A DNA stretch of 64,000 nucleotides, from NCBI RefSeq assembly GCF_009834535.1, contig NC_045697.1, positions 9,240,001 through 9,304,000 of the forward strand, written 5' to 3'. This stretch comes from Camelus ferus. Taxonomy: Eukaryota. The translations under genes were made by a program, and so were the position numbers. Below are positions 50,742-63,304 of this stretch, piece after piece (position 1 is the stretch's first letter; every line of letters begins with the position of its first letter). The notes beneath the pieces were generated by a model, which saw only the letters and a program-made list of their open reading frames with translations, did not search any database and had not been told where the DNA came from.

Positions 50742-51177
50742 CAGATACTCCCTGATTTTCACAAGTTTACACCACTTAGCTTTTATTGAAAGGCCTACAT
50801 TAGTAATGTACTTGTTTCAATAACCGAAAGAAATCCGAAGAGGATTTTCACTTTTATTTTTTAAAAAAAGCAGAAAGTGAAAATAGCATTAAGCATGTGT
50901 TTTGCAGAAGTCCTGATAGAGGCAACACGCACCCTGATAGTGAGGGGCACCTCTACCCTCCTTGCTGGGAGCTTCCTGGGAATTACACTCAGCATCTCAG
51001 CATCAAGCGCCATAGCTTTGAACTGTGTCTGTGAGCATCTGTGCTTTATCTCGATTTATTTTGTACATCCATCTGTTAGCAAGATGGGTCCTAAGGTAAT
51101 TGCTTTTTTGATTTATGCCATTTTGACTTAGGAAATTTTCATATGAACACTCTACTTTCAGATATGGTGGAACCCTG
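50742..51177 (+). mobile_element. Tigger-family non-autonomous DNA transposon
   Basis: CAG...CTG termini flanked by TA (50740-50741 and 51178-51179). Internal CCGAAAGAAATCCGAAGAGGATTTTC and CTCAGCATCTCAGCATCAAG resemble a remembered Tigger-type element. Subfamily not assigned. Confidence 0.7.
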
Positions 51178-51439
51178 TACACTCTCTAATCTTTGCCTTC
51201 AAAAGTTCATCATCTAGTCATGAAATCTTCATCTAGGATCCAAGAATCCCCCAAAATTTCATGCAAGATTGCATGAGTGTATGCAGTTATCTATAGCAAG
51301 TGGATATTGCTTACCACAGATACTAAAGAAGACCGTGGCTCCCAAAAGTTGAAAACTAATAGTTTAATTAGATATGGAAAAATCATATATTAATTACTTC
51401 TTTGAACCAAATAGTTAAGGCTCTTTCTCTCATCTATGT

Positions 51440-52180
51440 TATGTTTCAGGAGGGAAACAGATGAAAAAAAATAGCAAACACATTCATGGACAAGTCACTG
51501 TCAACTGGGGATAAGTAATCTAAAAGAAATAAAATCGGTGTGTTATGGAGTGATGGGAAGAGGGACTTTCTAGATTGAATGACCAAGAATGGCCCTATGA
51601 AGAGGATATTTGAGTTCAGACACAGAGTTCAGAGTGTCACAAACAAGCCAACTACGGGAAGGTATGGAAAGAGGGAGCAGAAGGTGCAAAGCCTCCAAAG
51701 CACTGGCTCCCGGGGGAAGAAAACAAAGAAGGAGAAGGCAGGAGGGAAGGGAAAGAGGCAGCAGCGGGGGAGATGGGGAGGAGACAACAGAGGCCAGGTG
51801 GCTGGAGCAGAGTGAGAAAGGGAGGTGGGGAGGGGAGGTGAGCCACCACGTTCAGCAGAGCCTGAGAGGTCACAGCAAGGAGTGTGAATTTTATTCTAAT
51901 AATGCTGGAAAGCCATTGGCAGGTCTTAGACGGGAGAGTGACATAGCCCGATTGCATGGCTGCCTTGTGGAGGAGGGAGTGTAGCAGAAAGGAGAAGATG
52001 TCACAGTCCAGGGGAGAGACCACCATGACTTCAGACTAGGGTGGCCAGAGTAGAGGAAGAGTGAAGAAGTAAACCGCATTTGGATGAAGTTTTCAGCTAT
52101 GCTTTCCTGGACTCACTGATGAATTGAATGTGACAGCAGGTGGGTGAGGGAAGAGAGAGGAATTCAAGGATGCTTCTGAG
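51440..52180 (-). mobile_element. L2 fragment
   Basis: AAGGAGTGTGAATTTTATTCTAA...GGAAAGCCATTGG...GAGGAATTCAAGGATG. Confidence 0.75.
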
Positions 52181-52799
52181 AACTCGTGATGTGCTTAACA
52201 TATCTTCTGGGGACATGGATGCAGAGTAGTAAGATCACAGATAACCCAGAGATCAATGAGAGCAGAGTAATAATAATTACCATCTGTTTGCATAAGTATT
52301 ACTATGTATTATTATGTCTATTGTACAAATTAGGAAAAAAATGAGGCTTAGTAGGTTAAGCAGTTGTCCAAGGTCACATTGTCAGTAAGTGGTTATAGTC
52401 AGTCTGCTTACAGGAGTTTTTCATGGAACAGGTGGCTGTTTTTGCCATAATAACCACCCCTGACTTACCACAGCCAGTGGGGAAGATACCACAGAAATAG
52501 GGGTAACACCAAAGCATGTGTCAAGCAGATATCAGCTGTGCCCCCAATGTCCTGTGAAAGGAGACAGGCTTGGCTCAAATGCCATTCTTTTCTTCTCTGG
52601 AAATCTGAAGCAGTGCCTGAGATTTTGGCAAGTCCCAGGGTTGTTTGTTCATTATTAGTTGTCATCTCTCAACTGATTCCCTATTATTCTTAACTTTTTT
52701 AGAAAATATTTTTGATGTACAAAAAGCCGTGCATATTTAATATACAGAACTTGATGAGTTTGGGAAGAAATGCTCTTGAGCTTATTTCCAAAGTGGATC

Positions 52800-52950
52800 T
52801 TCATGACACACCTATAGAATAGTCAGAGAATGTGCCCATTTTACAGGGATGGACACTAAACTCAGCCACGCAAGTGACTTGCCCAAGGTCACATGGACCT
52901 TGGATGAAAGAGCCAAGATACGATGTCAAGTCTTCAGGCTCCATGGTCAG
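52800..52950 (-). mobile_element. MIR fragment
   Basis: CCCATTTTACAG...AAGTGACTTGCCCAAGGTCACA. Confidence 0.8.
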
Positions 52951-53739
52951 TGGGTGAGTTATGGAAAAGTCTTGAATTCAAAAGTGGGAAAATCATAGTT
53001 GCGCCCAAGGACTTATTTGGTGTCAGAGGGTAGGAAGGAGCAGAAGTTAAGAAGGCCAAAGACATAGGTAGGTAAATCAGGTGAAGGCTGAAATTTCCCC
53101 ATAATATACACACAACTTTATAAACTTAATGTTACTTCCATCCTTACCTGGGACAGCATGAAACAGAAGGACAGACCTGTCCAATACTGGTATATTAAAT
53201 CTGACAGGTGAGTCCCATTTGCTTGACAGCACCACAGTTCGCAAGGCAGTTGGGAGACTTTAATAAGCTTATTTTTATACTGACTTGATGCATGGTGAGG
53301 TCTTAGGTTCAGCCACAGACATCAAAGCTTAGCTTTGTGGATAGAACAATAGGAAGAAAAGAGACACAATCTCAAGGCAGTTATTAAAGGACAGTTTGCA
53401 GTTTTCCCCAAAGAAATATATTTATTCATACATTTATGGATAATAAAAAAGCATGGTAAATGAGGTAGAAAGAAGGCGAAGACAGTGAGGAGAGAGGTGA
53501 GAAGGAACAAACCCACAGTAGTCAAGGCTGATTGCAGGATTCTTCTCAGGTGGAAAAAAAACTCTCTTATATAAGAGCTCACCTTAACTGGAATGTTTGG
53601 GGACATATCAAAATGTGCCAGAGTGACACAAAGAGATCATTAAACCACCTTGCATCAGAGCTGCAGAGGAATTCTGGAGTTTAAGAGAAGGAAGATGCAC
53701 TGGCAGAGTGAGAAACGAAGATAAAACTTTGAAGCCAGA

Positions 53740-53823
53740 GGAAAGAAAGAAGGAAGGAAGGAAGAGAAGGAAGGAAGGAAGGAAGGAAGGAAAGGAGGGA
53801 GGAAGGAAGGAAGGAAGGAAGGG
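53740..53823. repeat. (GGAA)n purine microsatellite
   Basis: Seen directly, with interruptions. Confidence 0.9.
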
Positions 53824-54084
53824 AAAATTAAGAACTACCTCTGGCAAGTGTGAATTGAGAAATAGCAGTACTGTTTAATATTTGATATTCAGTTATGGGT
53901 TCTGCTCTCCTCCTGCTCTGTTCTTCATGTCTGCTGTTGCACCCAAATCTCTTGTAAAATTCTCCTCCATGTGAATGTCCTCTGTAAATGGTGCTTTCGG
54001 AATATCTAAGAAAAGAAGCCATGTTCCATGACTGAGGTCAACTGGGACATAGAAAGAAAATAGCCACAAGAGAAGATACACATA

Positions 54085-54395
54085 TAGAAACAGGGAATCA
54101 GATTCATAGAAGCAGAAAGCAGAATGGTAGTTTCCAGGGGCTGAAAGCAGGAGGAAAGGGGGCAATGTTGGTCCAAGGGTACAAAGATTCAGTTAAGCAA
54201 GCTGAATAAGACCTAGAGATTTACTCTACAGCAGAGTGCCTGTAGTTAATAATACTGTACTGTATACTTAGGAATTTGCTGAGAGTGTAAATCTAATGTG
54301 TTCTTATCATGAAAAAATTAAATGAAGAGGGTGGGAGAAATTATTTGGAGGTGTCAGATAGGTTTATGGCATAGGTTGTGGTGATGACTCTGCAA
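54085..54395 (+). mobile_element. L1MA/L1MB-type 3' end
   Basis: AGAATGGTAGTTTCCAGGGGCT...GGTACAAAGATTCAGTTA...TAGTTAATAATACTGTACTGTATACTT. Confidence 0.8.
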
Positions 54396-55279
54396 GTGGT
54401 AATTCTTCTCATAGGATGAAACTCAACCTCTCAGTCTGTTGTTTGAAGCCTCAACTGAGTTCCTACTCCATATCTTCAACTTTCTTCTTACATTCAAAGG
54501 AAAAAGCTTTGAGCAGAGGGTAAGGAGCTGGCAACAGCTTTATAATGTCATTTACAATGATCTATTACCATGGATCCTGTCATTTTTAAGCTACATGACC
54601 TTGGAAGAGATGACCAACCTTACTGAGTATCAATCTCATCACCAATAAAGTGCTTATTCTTATAAACATACCTACCTTCCAGTGTTATTTCTTAAATTAT
54701 ACTAAACAGTGATAAATAATAAAATTCTATCAAATCACAAAAATAAACTTTATATTCCTTTAGATGATTCCACTGTGCTTATCAAAGACTTGGATATGTA
54801 GTAACTTCTCAAGCTCAATACATTCAAGGCAAGAATTCAATCTTTTCTTGCCATGCCACTATTATACTCTCAGTTTCTCCTAACACTAGAAACACTTATG
54901 ACATTTTCCACTCTTCCCTCTCCTTCCCCATATACTGTCAGTCACCAAACCCGCTTGATTCTACTGACTAAATAGCTTTGAAATCCTCCTGCTCTTTGCT
55001 GCTACTCCTCTTCAATTAGATCTTCAAAACTTCTTTTCTGGACGACTGCATCCGACTCCCTTCTGGTCTTTCCACTTAAATTTCTTTTCATTGTGTTGTT
55101 CTACCTATCACCTAGTTATTGGAGTGACTGTTCTCAAATTGAAATCTGATATGACTTGTTCCTACTTTAACTGTACTATGCTTTAAGCATGAGGTTGGAG
55201 CAAAACTGGCTGAGATAGACTCTGGCACGTTTGACCTCTTTGACCTCAGTGGAATCATGTCAGTTCTTCAGTTTCTTCA

Positions 55280-55738
55280 TGTGGTGGCTCTGAGTATGTG
55301 CCCACGAGATCTCCAACAGCAAGGAGAATCAAATGGACTGATGGCCCCAGATGTCACCCTCTGAAATACATGAGCACACGCATGCTGACGCCAGGCTCCA
55401 CACAGGCTCTACCAAGCAGTGACTGGAAACAGAAGGGCTACTAAAGCAGATTCCTTCCTGAGATGCACAGGACCCCGCTGATAGGGGTCTTTGGCCTGAA
55501 GACTTCCCATTGGCCTTGTGGAACTTCCTCAGACTCACTGCAGCTTTGAACTCTTTCACTCAATATTTCTTCCTTCCTTTTGCCCTTCACAAAGGTTACA
55601 CCTGCTTGCTGGTCTGCACAGCTACCCTGACCTCCACTGATCCCTTCCCATTTTCCCTCACGTGTTATTTCCCATAATGAACTTGTATACTTAATTTTTT
55701 TCTTGATATCTGCTTCTTAGAGGATCTAGGCTAATCCA
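55280..55738 (+). mobile_element. LTR16-family ERVL solo LTR nested in a MIR
   Basis: TG...CA termini, 3' end TCTGCTTCTTAGAGGATCTAGGCTAA, and 5-bp TSD CTTCA (55275-55279 and 55739-55743) splitting the MIR core CAGTTTCTTCATCTAT. Confidence 0.8.
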
Positions 55739-56814
55739 CTTCATCTATGAAACAGATGTAATAATAGTACCTCCTTCATAGGACTACTCTGAGTATCAAA
55801 CCTCACATGGGGATAAAGCTCCTATAATAGTGTGTAGAACATATTTGACACTATAAAATAGCTTGCTGATGTAATGATCATATCAATTTTCTATTCATTC
55901 AACATAGCCTACTCTTTCATGGATCAATTATATATTCATATATACCCCTCTGCCAAAAAAGAAAATCCCTTTTATTCCAACCATGTAAAGTAACACTTAT
56001 CCATCAGGGTTCGGCTTTGAAATCTTCATCTATGCAATGCCTTCTTTAACTCATTCTTTTTCTGTCTTCCTATGGCCCCGAGTACACCACCTTCACACCA
56101 CTCACGTTAGCATTAATCCCATTGTCGAGTCACAGATTATTTGTTGCTACTATTGAAGCCTGAGGTCTTCAGTGGTTTGTATTTTGTCACATCTATTTGT
56201 GGAGTCTGCATACATTGCAAAATATCTGGCACATTTTAGGGGTTAACATAGTAGGTTCTAAAAAACTTATTGAGTAAATGGATGCCCGTACATATGCATC
56301 ATGTTGATTTAGTAGCAATACAAGGAATAAAAGAAGCCACAGTATCACTCATGCTAGGAGATCTGACTTTCTTTGCTTGACGGAAATCTGTAACACTTGG
56401 AACTTCTTAAATTTTTCAGTATCAACCAAGTTAAATAGCTGTCCTTGGTTTTGGTGGAAAGGCACCTTAATAAAAAATAGATGCTACTCTTTCATAAATC
56501 ACTGTGTCCTTCTACAAGTTTCTTCAGGCTCTAACAAGCTATAATTCTAAACCAAAGTCAGGCAAAAGCTACTGAAAACTCAACATTAGTCTTAGTTTCA
56601 TATTTTTACCTTGATCCTTCGACAAAAACTCAATACAGAAAGTCTTGAGAAGATAAGGCTGAAGCAGTGTAGTTCCTTTACATCTGTCCAAATTTTGTTC
56701 CCCACATTCCTGTCCAGTTGATTCTTTTTTTTTTTCAGTCTGTGTATTTACACTCCTAATTGTACCTTTTTATACCGGAACTAGTGAATGAATAATGATA
56801 ATGACACTTTTTAT

Positions 56815-57430
56815 GTTTGTTTACTAATTAAACAAATATTTCTCATGCACCTACTCTGTGTCACATCCTGTTCTAAGCATTGAGGAAATAGTAAAAACCA
56901 AAATAGCCAAAACAGGCTAAAACAAAACAAAATTAACATCCAAACAAAAACCCCCCTACCTTCATGGAGTTTACATATTGGTGGGGGAGACAGACAATAC
57001 AGAAGTAAATGCAGAGAGATTAGCTGGTGATTAGTTCTGTGGAGAAGAGTGTAAACGTAAATTGGGAAGGCATTACGAAGTCATGAGATTCCAGGGAATG
57101 TAAAGACTTTTAAACAGAGTGAAAAAGGAAAACCTCACTGGGAAGAGGACATCTGAGCAAACACCTGAAATATTTGAAGAAATGAACTAGAAGGTAGCAG
57201 GGGGATGGTGTGCCAGACAGGACAAGTAGCAAGCACTAAGTCTCTGAGATGGGAACAAGTCTGGAATATTCCAGTAACACCAGAAAGCCAGGGTATTTGG
57301 AACAAGAATGTCTAAAAGGAGAAAGTATTAGGAGGTGAGGTCAGAAAGATAAAAGGAGCTAAACTGAGGACATTGTAAGGATTCTGGATTGTACCTTGAG
57401 TGAGATAAAGAGAAACTGAAGATTTTTAAA
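56815..57430 (-). mobile_element. L2a-type 3' fragment
   Basis: AACAAATATTT...GCACCTACTCTGTG...CCTTCATGGAGTTTACA...GGGAGACAGACAATA. Confidence 0.8.
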
Positions 57431-57492
57431 ATAAGTTTCAAAGGTTTCCCCTGAGAAATGTATAGTCTTCAGTAAAATTAACACGTAGATCT

Positions 57493-58127
57493 AGGAACCA
57501 AGGGGTGGAAGCAGGCACAGCCCTTTAACTATCGCTCTCAATAATCCACTTGGAGAATTTGAGCTTCCTTTTCCTGCAACTCTAGACCCTGAAGTGTTAT
57601 GGATCTTAATTCCCAAAGGGACAATATTTCCACGAGGGGACAAAACAAGAGCTGTATATTGAGCTGTGGCTGTGCCTGGGCACTTGAGGTTTCTTGTATA
57701 CAGGGACAGCAGGCAAGAGGACAAGGCACTGTCTCCACAAAGGTAACTGACCCTGGTCATGAGGAGGAGGTAGGGCTTCTTTTACATGGCGGAGTTAAGC
57801 AGAAATATCTTTGGCGTCCAGGTGATCCATCATCCAATGGTGATTGTAACTGGACAGGAGCAGAAACTGTGGCCTGGGAAGAGCACGGTAACCAGGGCAC
57901 ATACCCCACAGGGAAGGAGGGTCTGGGTCTTACGATAAGACAAGCCTCCAGTACCCGCAGAGGTGGTAGCTAAAGTCAAAGGGGATGTAAACTGGATAAT
58001 GGAGAATGGAACTGAGTATCAGCTGTGGCCCCAAGACTAACTGCCTAGGCAAGAGTTGTTGGTCTTCTAACTAACATCCCTTTTTTAAGTTCCCTTCAGG
58101 AGGAGTTACTTCTCAAGTGAATATGAA
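57493..58127 (+). mobile_element. ERVL internal remnant: integrase C-terminus and dUTPase, frameshifted
   Basis: Translates in pieces as RNQGVEAGTA / TIALNNPLGEFELPFPATL...LIPKGTIFPRGD / VTDPGHEEEVGLLLHGGVKQKYLWRPGDP, matching the ERVL pol-dUTPase region. Confidence 0.85.
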
Positions 58128-58564
58128 TGTACTTTGGGAATCACAGTGATGCACCATCCATACCTCCTTTCAAAGAAGGACTTACTGCCTTAGCTTCTGG
58201 ACGTGCTGTAAGTAGATAGCTTTCAGTGTCCAAAACTTTAGGTCTTGCCTTACCAGACCCATCTTGCTAAAAGACATGCTCTTGCCAGGGAAGCCTGCTG
58301 TACTGGCTGATTGAGGTGGAGATGTAAAAGTTCAGCTATTTCAGTCCAATGTGGGACAGCTCTAACAGGACGTTTTGTACCCAGAGCTGCCTGTGAGCTG
58401 AGCTGAGGTTATCAGGACTGTACCTCAGTTCTATTTCTCCCTCTAGGAACTAATCCTGCTTCCTTTCACTCCTACAGGTGCTGGTCGCAAGGGCACTCTA
58501 TAATACATATTCTGCTTGATAAACTTTCTCTGAGTCTGTTTCTCCAGGAACCCAACCTGTGACA
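58128..58564 (+). mobile_element. LTR16C-like 3' LTR of the ERVL remnant
   Basis: Ends CTGAGTCTGTTTCTCCAGGAACCCAACCTGTGACA, the LTR16-type 3' terminus. Confidence 0.8.
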
Positions 58565-59469
58565 GGTAGGTAGGTGACTTCTGCTCCATGAATGGTTCTT
58601 TGAGTCTGATGACCACTCATATCGATTTCAATATTCAAATCTTAGAGGCAAATTGGTGAATTGGGGCTGGAGATAGTCCAGTTGGCCCAGTCTAAAGTAG
58701 TTAGAAAAAGCAGGGCTAATTTTAGAAGGGGTAGAGAGAAAGAAAAACAGGAGACCAAAGAAGGAGAGATGGGTCAGAAAATGGCATAAGACTGGAACTA
58801 CATGGGGTGGAGAAAGCCACTGAAAAAAAAAATTTGGTGGAAATATGGCCAAAAGAGTGTTTTTTAGTAAGAATAATATCTGACATACAATTTTACATTG
58901 TTTTATCTTACATAAATTGTACCTTCATCTTCAATGTCAAGGAAAGTCTGTCACAGACAGAAGCTTTATATAGTAATTTTTTGGGGGGAAGAACCATATC
59001 TGGATTATTAAAGTATAGAACAGGGAGCAAGCTGACTCATTAATGTACCAAAATCACTGGAATCAGGAACTCACAGTCATAGGGAACCATAATTACATAA
59101 GCTCTAGTGAAGGTGTTGGGATTTAATCTTACCTAAATCTTCAGCAGTATTTGTGTTTTATTTTCTAAATTTTATTCTTTAGATTGTGCTTTCTTATGGA
59201 CAGGAGCAGTGCCCATCATACAACACAATGCCATGTTCATAATGATTACTTCTTAAATGCTTGTAGAATAAATGTATATGGGCATAAATTAATATATTTA
59301 GTTTGCAGACATATGTCTCCCACTGAACTATGCACCTCTATGAATTAAGGTCCTTTAAAAATTTTATTTCACTAGAAGTACATAAAACAATGCTTAACTC
59401 ATGGTAAGTCAGTTACTTGCTGAGTAGAATTCCTGAATTCTAGATGTCATGTCATGTCAAAGCAAGTCA

Positions 59470-60244
59470 CAGATGCCAGTTATAAATTTACTGCCTCCTA
59501 GCTCTTAATCTACCCTCCATTGCCTCCTCTATGATAATAGAGATGGGTTCTGTGACTGCTTCTTCTTGCTACCTGGCATGATGCCAAGCTTTGTTAGTAG
59601 AGGGCACTGGGAAACACTGCAAGAGGAAGAGATTTTGCTTCCTGGTTCTGGTGTGCTCACTTTGCAGGATCTTGTGCAACTGACTTACCCAGCACCTGGT
59701 TCCTGCAGCAGTGCAGTTTTCCCAGTGCTTGTCTCCTACAGCACACACAGCTTCTCCAGTACCCAGTTCCTACAGCACATGATGGTCAACCCCACACCAT
59801 GGCCAGCGGCTTCCTCCAGCAGGTGCTCTTCCTCTCTTGGGCAGGTTCGTAGTGAAGTGCCTTCAGTGAGATACCTACCCGTGAGCTATTTTGTCCAGGA
59901 CCCTAGAGGACAAATTTCTAACAAGTTCTAAAAGAGAGATTTTTCAGAAGCTTCCTCTAGTATGGCAGAGGAGATGTCACCTAGTCATCTAGCGAGCCAC
60001 TGCCATGCTCTCTCTGAGAAGGTCTGGAATCTCAGCTCTGGGGGTCCTCTTCTTTGGATCCTCTGTCTCAGCCTTAGGGGCAATGGTTGCTCTTTGTATC
60101 TGCAATTCCTGTATCCTTTAGCGTTCATTCTACTTATTACCAACGCATTATCATTCTACTCCCCTCTTATAGTGAGATTCTTTACGTTAAACTTTACCCT
60201 AAGTCACTGTGAGATTTGTCTCCTGATTAAACCCTGACTGTATA
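59470..60244 (+). mobile_element. LTR41-like ERVL solo LTR
   Basis: CTTTGTTAGTAGAGGGCACTGG, GGTCTGGAATCTCAGC, CTCAGCCTTAGGGG and 3' end TTAAACTTT...GTCTCCTGATT...CCCTGACTG. Confidence 0.7.
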
Positions 60245-60680
60245 GTAGCAAGCACAGGACAATTTTGAGTTGAAAATTCACCACTCCATGTATTTACCCT
60301 ATAAATTCCAGATATTTTCCACAGAGTCCACAGACCTCAACAAACTTGAAACCTAGAGGAAACTCAGATTAACTCACTGTTCTCCAAAGTAGTAATGGTA
60401 TTCGTAGATCAATTATCAGCAAATACAGGCATATATGTCAAATATAATAAAAATATGAATGCTAGGTAAAACAAAGTTAAATAGTTTTGGTTTTGCTTTT
60501 CACTATGAGATTTTCTCAGATCCTGTATCATGCCAATGTGAAATACAAACTTCTGAGAGGTAGATGCAGTATAAAAGGTTTCTAAAGTTGATTTAACCAC
60601 AGTCTCTTACTTGGTTAGTATCTCACTAAAATGTGGTTCTCAGCTGTGTGTTGAAGAGCTGCCTTTAGGATTATCTGGCT

Positions 60681-60853
60681 AAGTGGTTCATGCACCGGCA
60701 TCAGCAGTACCTGGAAAATAGTTAAAAATGCAAATTCTAGGGCCCAGACCAGCCATCTGAATCAGAAGTTCTGAGTGTGGAGTCTAACGATCTGTGTTTT
60801 AACAATGTCTCTAGGTGATTCTGATACACCCAGAGATACGCGCTTGAGTTTGA
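60681..60853 (+). mobile_element. MER5A (hAT-Charlie)
   Basis: GCATCAGCAGTACCTGG...AAATGCAAATTCT...CTGAATCAGAA...TCTGTGTTTTAACAA...AGGTGATTCTGAT. Confidence 0.85.
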
Positions 60854-62054
60854 TGCATTAATTTAACTTACTACTACCCTTTTATAGGTGTGGAGACTCA
60901 ATATAACCTCAAAAAAACGTCAAAAACTTCCATGTTCAAACAGCTTTCAAAAAACAAATTTGAATTTTCTGTGTTCAAATAAGCTTGCATTCCTGGTTCT
61001 TTCTTCTATGTCCAGCTTCAGTTGTGATTGCCTCTGAAATCTTTCCATAATCAATACCCTCCATTTCTTGTGTGTGATAGGAAAACAGAAAATGGATTTG
61101 AATACATTAACAAGAACAAGCAAGCTTTAGAAATATAAGACAGCATCTCAGATATGGTAAGCACTTTGTCCCTGAGGTATTCAAACAGAGCAATAACCCT
61201 TTAGTGGAATATGGTATAGAGAATTCAAACACTGAATGAAGTTCGGACCAGAAGAGATGGTCATTAAAGGCCATTCGTTCATGTGAATTTTCAGTTTTAT
61301 GATTCCATAATATGACGTTTTGTATTTTATCAAATAATCCAAAATGTTCCTATGGAAGAGAAGTGTTTTGAATTGAGATAAAAAAATCTTACTGAGCTCT
61401 GCCTCCTTCCTCTTTATCTCTCTCCACAAAACAACTTGCACTTGGGCAGATGCTTCTCCTCATTTTCCATTTAGGTGGCATTTTCAAATATAGAAACAAT
61501 TTTGTAAACTCCCTGCCGTTTCTGTGTTGCTTGGGCTCCACAGAGACCCAAATAATTTATGGAAAAACAGCACCTGTGTTTTCCCCAAGGAATAGCTTTC
61601 ACAACATTGATGAATTTCAAATGAAGGGCATATACCTCATTCAAGTTAAATGGAAAGAAAGTTCTCTCCTCATTTCCAGAAAGTGATTGCAGAATATGCT
61701 CCCAAAACTATTTTCTTGTCCCATAAAAAAGCATTAAACTGGATGTAAACATTTCATCCCAGATTCTACCCTTCGAGGAAAAGAAAGATGGTAGATTGAA
61801 ACAATTTTATCAGAGGAAGAAAGAAATTCTAGGATTGATGTTTTCTGAGGATTTCTCCAATTTGATTGATTCATTATTTCATTTATGCAACACAATTTTG
61901 TGATGTACTCATTCTTTAAACAGATATTAATTCATTTAGCACCTACTGTATCAAGAATCATAATAATAAATGAATAAATTTTATTGGAGGCACAGCGGAC
62001 TTTTAGTTCAACACAGAAGACTGAACACATAAGTTTATCTCTTCTTTCATCTAA

Positions 62055-62152
62055 AACGGAGGTCTGTGAACTAAGGCCTGTAGACAGACCGTATGTTTTA
62101 TAAAGTTTTATTAAAACACAGCTGAAACCATTCATTTACATATTGCTTTATG
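62055..62152 (+). mobile_element. MER58-like fragment
   Basis: ATAAAGTTTTATTAAAACACAGC...CCATTCATTTACATATTG. Confidence 0.7.
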
Positions 62153-62159
62153 AAGCTCG

Positions 62160-62612
62160 TTTATTTTTTCTGTTTGATTTTCTCTTTTTTTAAAAAAATT
62201 CTGTTTCATTTTGGGTTGTTTTTATTTCTATGCCATCCTATTTCCCGGTCTTTTCTTCTGAAATGGTTAATCTGCCACTGACCCCATTCATTGATTTTTT
62301 TTTTATAGATAATTTTTCCATCTCTAGGAAACTAGATTTTTATTTTTTAAAAATATCCTCCATGTCTCTGCTTAGCTGATTTAGTTTCTTTCTCTTAGTG
62401 GCCCTCTGATTTTTTTTTTCTTTTTCTTTAACATCTGTATCACTTCTGGGTCAGTTTAGATTCATTGGTCTTTTTTCTTCATTATGAGTTATATTTCCTG
62501 GTACTTTTTAACTGGATGTCAGACATTGTGAATTTTATCTTATTGAGTAATAGACATTTTTGAATTTTAATAAATATTATTAGGCTTTGTTCTGGGATGC
62601 AATTAAACTACC
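62160..62612 (-). mobile_element. Ancient L1M fragment
   Basis: TGGATGTCAGACATTGTGAATTTTA...GCTTTGTTCTGGGATGCAATTAA. Confidence 0.65.
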
Positions 62613-63104
62613 TGATTCCGGGGAGAGAAGATTACAGGGAAGAGAATTAGAAGGAATAGTACACACCCACTACACAGGGCCAGGGTTTACCTTCCTGACT
62701 GAAACAAATAAGCAATTAAACAAAAGACAAAATATATAAAATGACTGGACATGAGGCAAGAAAGGTGAGTGATCCCTGAAAGATGCAAAACAAATAAGGT
62801 GCAGCAGAAGCAGAACTGGAGGTCTTGGAGTAATGACGTGGTTATTGGAAAAGAGAATGGATGCCACGCTCAGGAACTGGAGTATTCATCAGTCCATGGT
62901 TTCCCACCTGGTGCAGCAAAATGTTGGCAGTCCCCTCTTGCCACAAGCACATTTGTCTGTTTATCCCTGTGTCATACTGCAAATCGAATTTTCTATGCAC
63001 CACAGAGTGGAAAAGTTAGGGAAGATCTTTCTCAGATTTTAAGATCCAAAAGAATGCTTTTAAGACAAGTGAGGGAAACAATCCTGGTTGTATAGAGAGC
63101 ATAT

Positions 63105-63304
63105 TTTTTGCATATATTTGAAAGTTGCTGAAAGTCTTCATGGTAAGAAAAAAAATTATAAATGTGTTTGGTGATGGACGTTAAACTAGACTTATTGTGG
63201 TGATCATTTTGCTATATATACATACATCAAATTATTTTGTTGTAGACCTGAAACTCATATAATACTCCTTGTCAATTACATCTCAAAATAAATAAATAAA
63301 TAAA
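63105..63304 (+). mobile_element. L1MA9-like 3' end with (AAAT)n tail
   Basis: CTAGACTTATTGTGGTGATCATTTTGC...CCTGAAACT...GTCAATTACATCTCAA(AATA)n. Confidence 0.85.
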
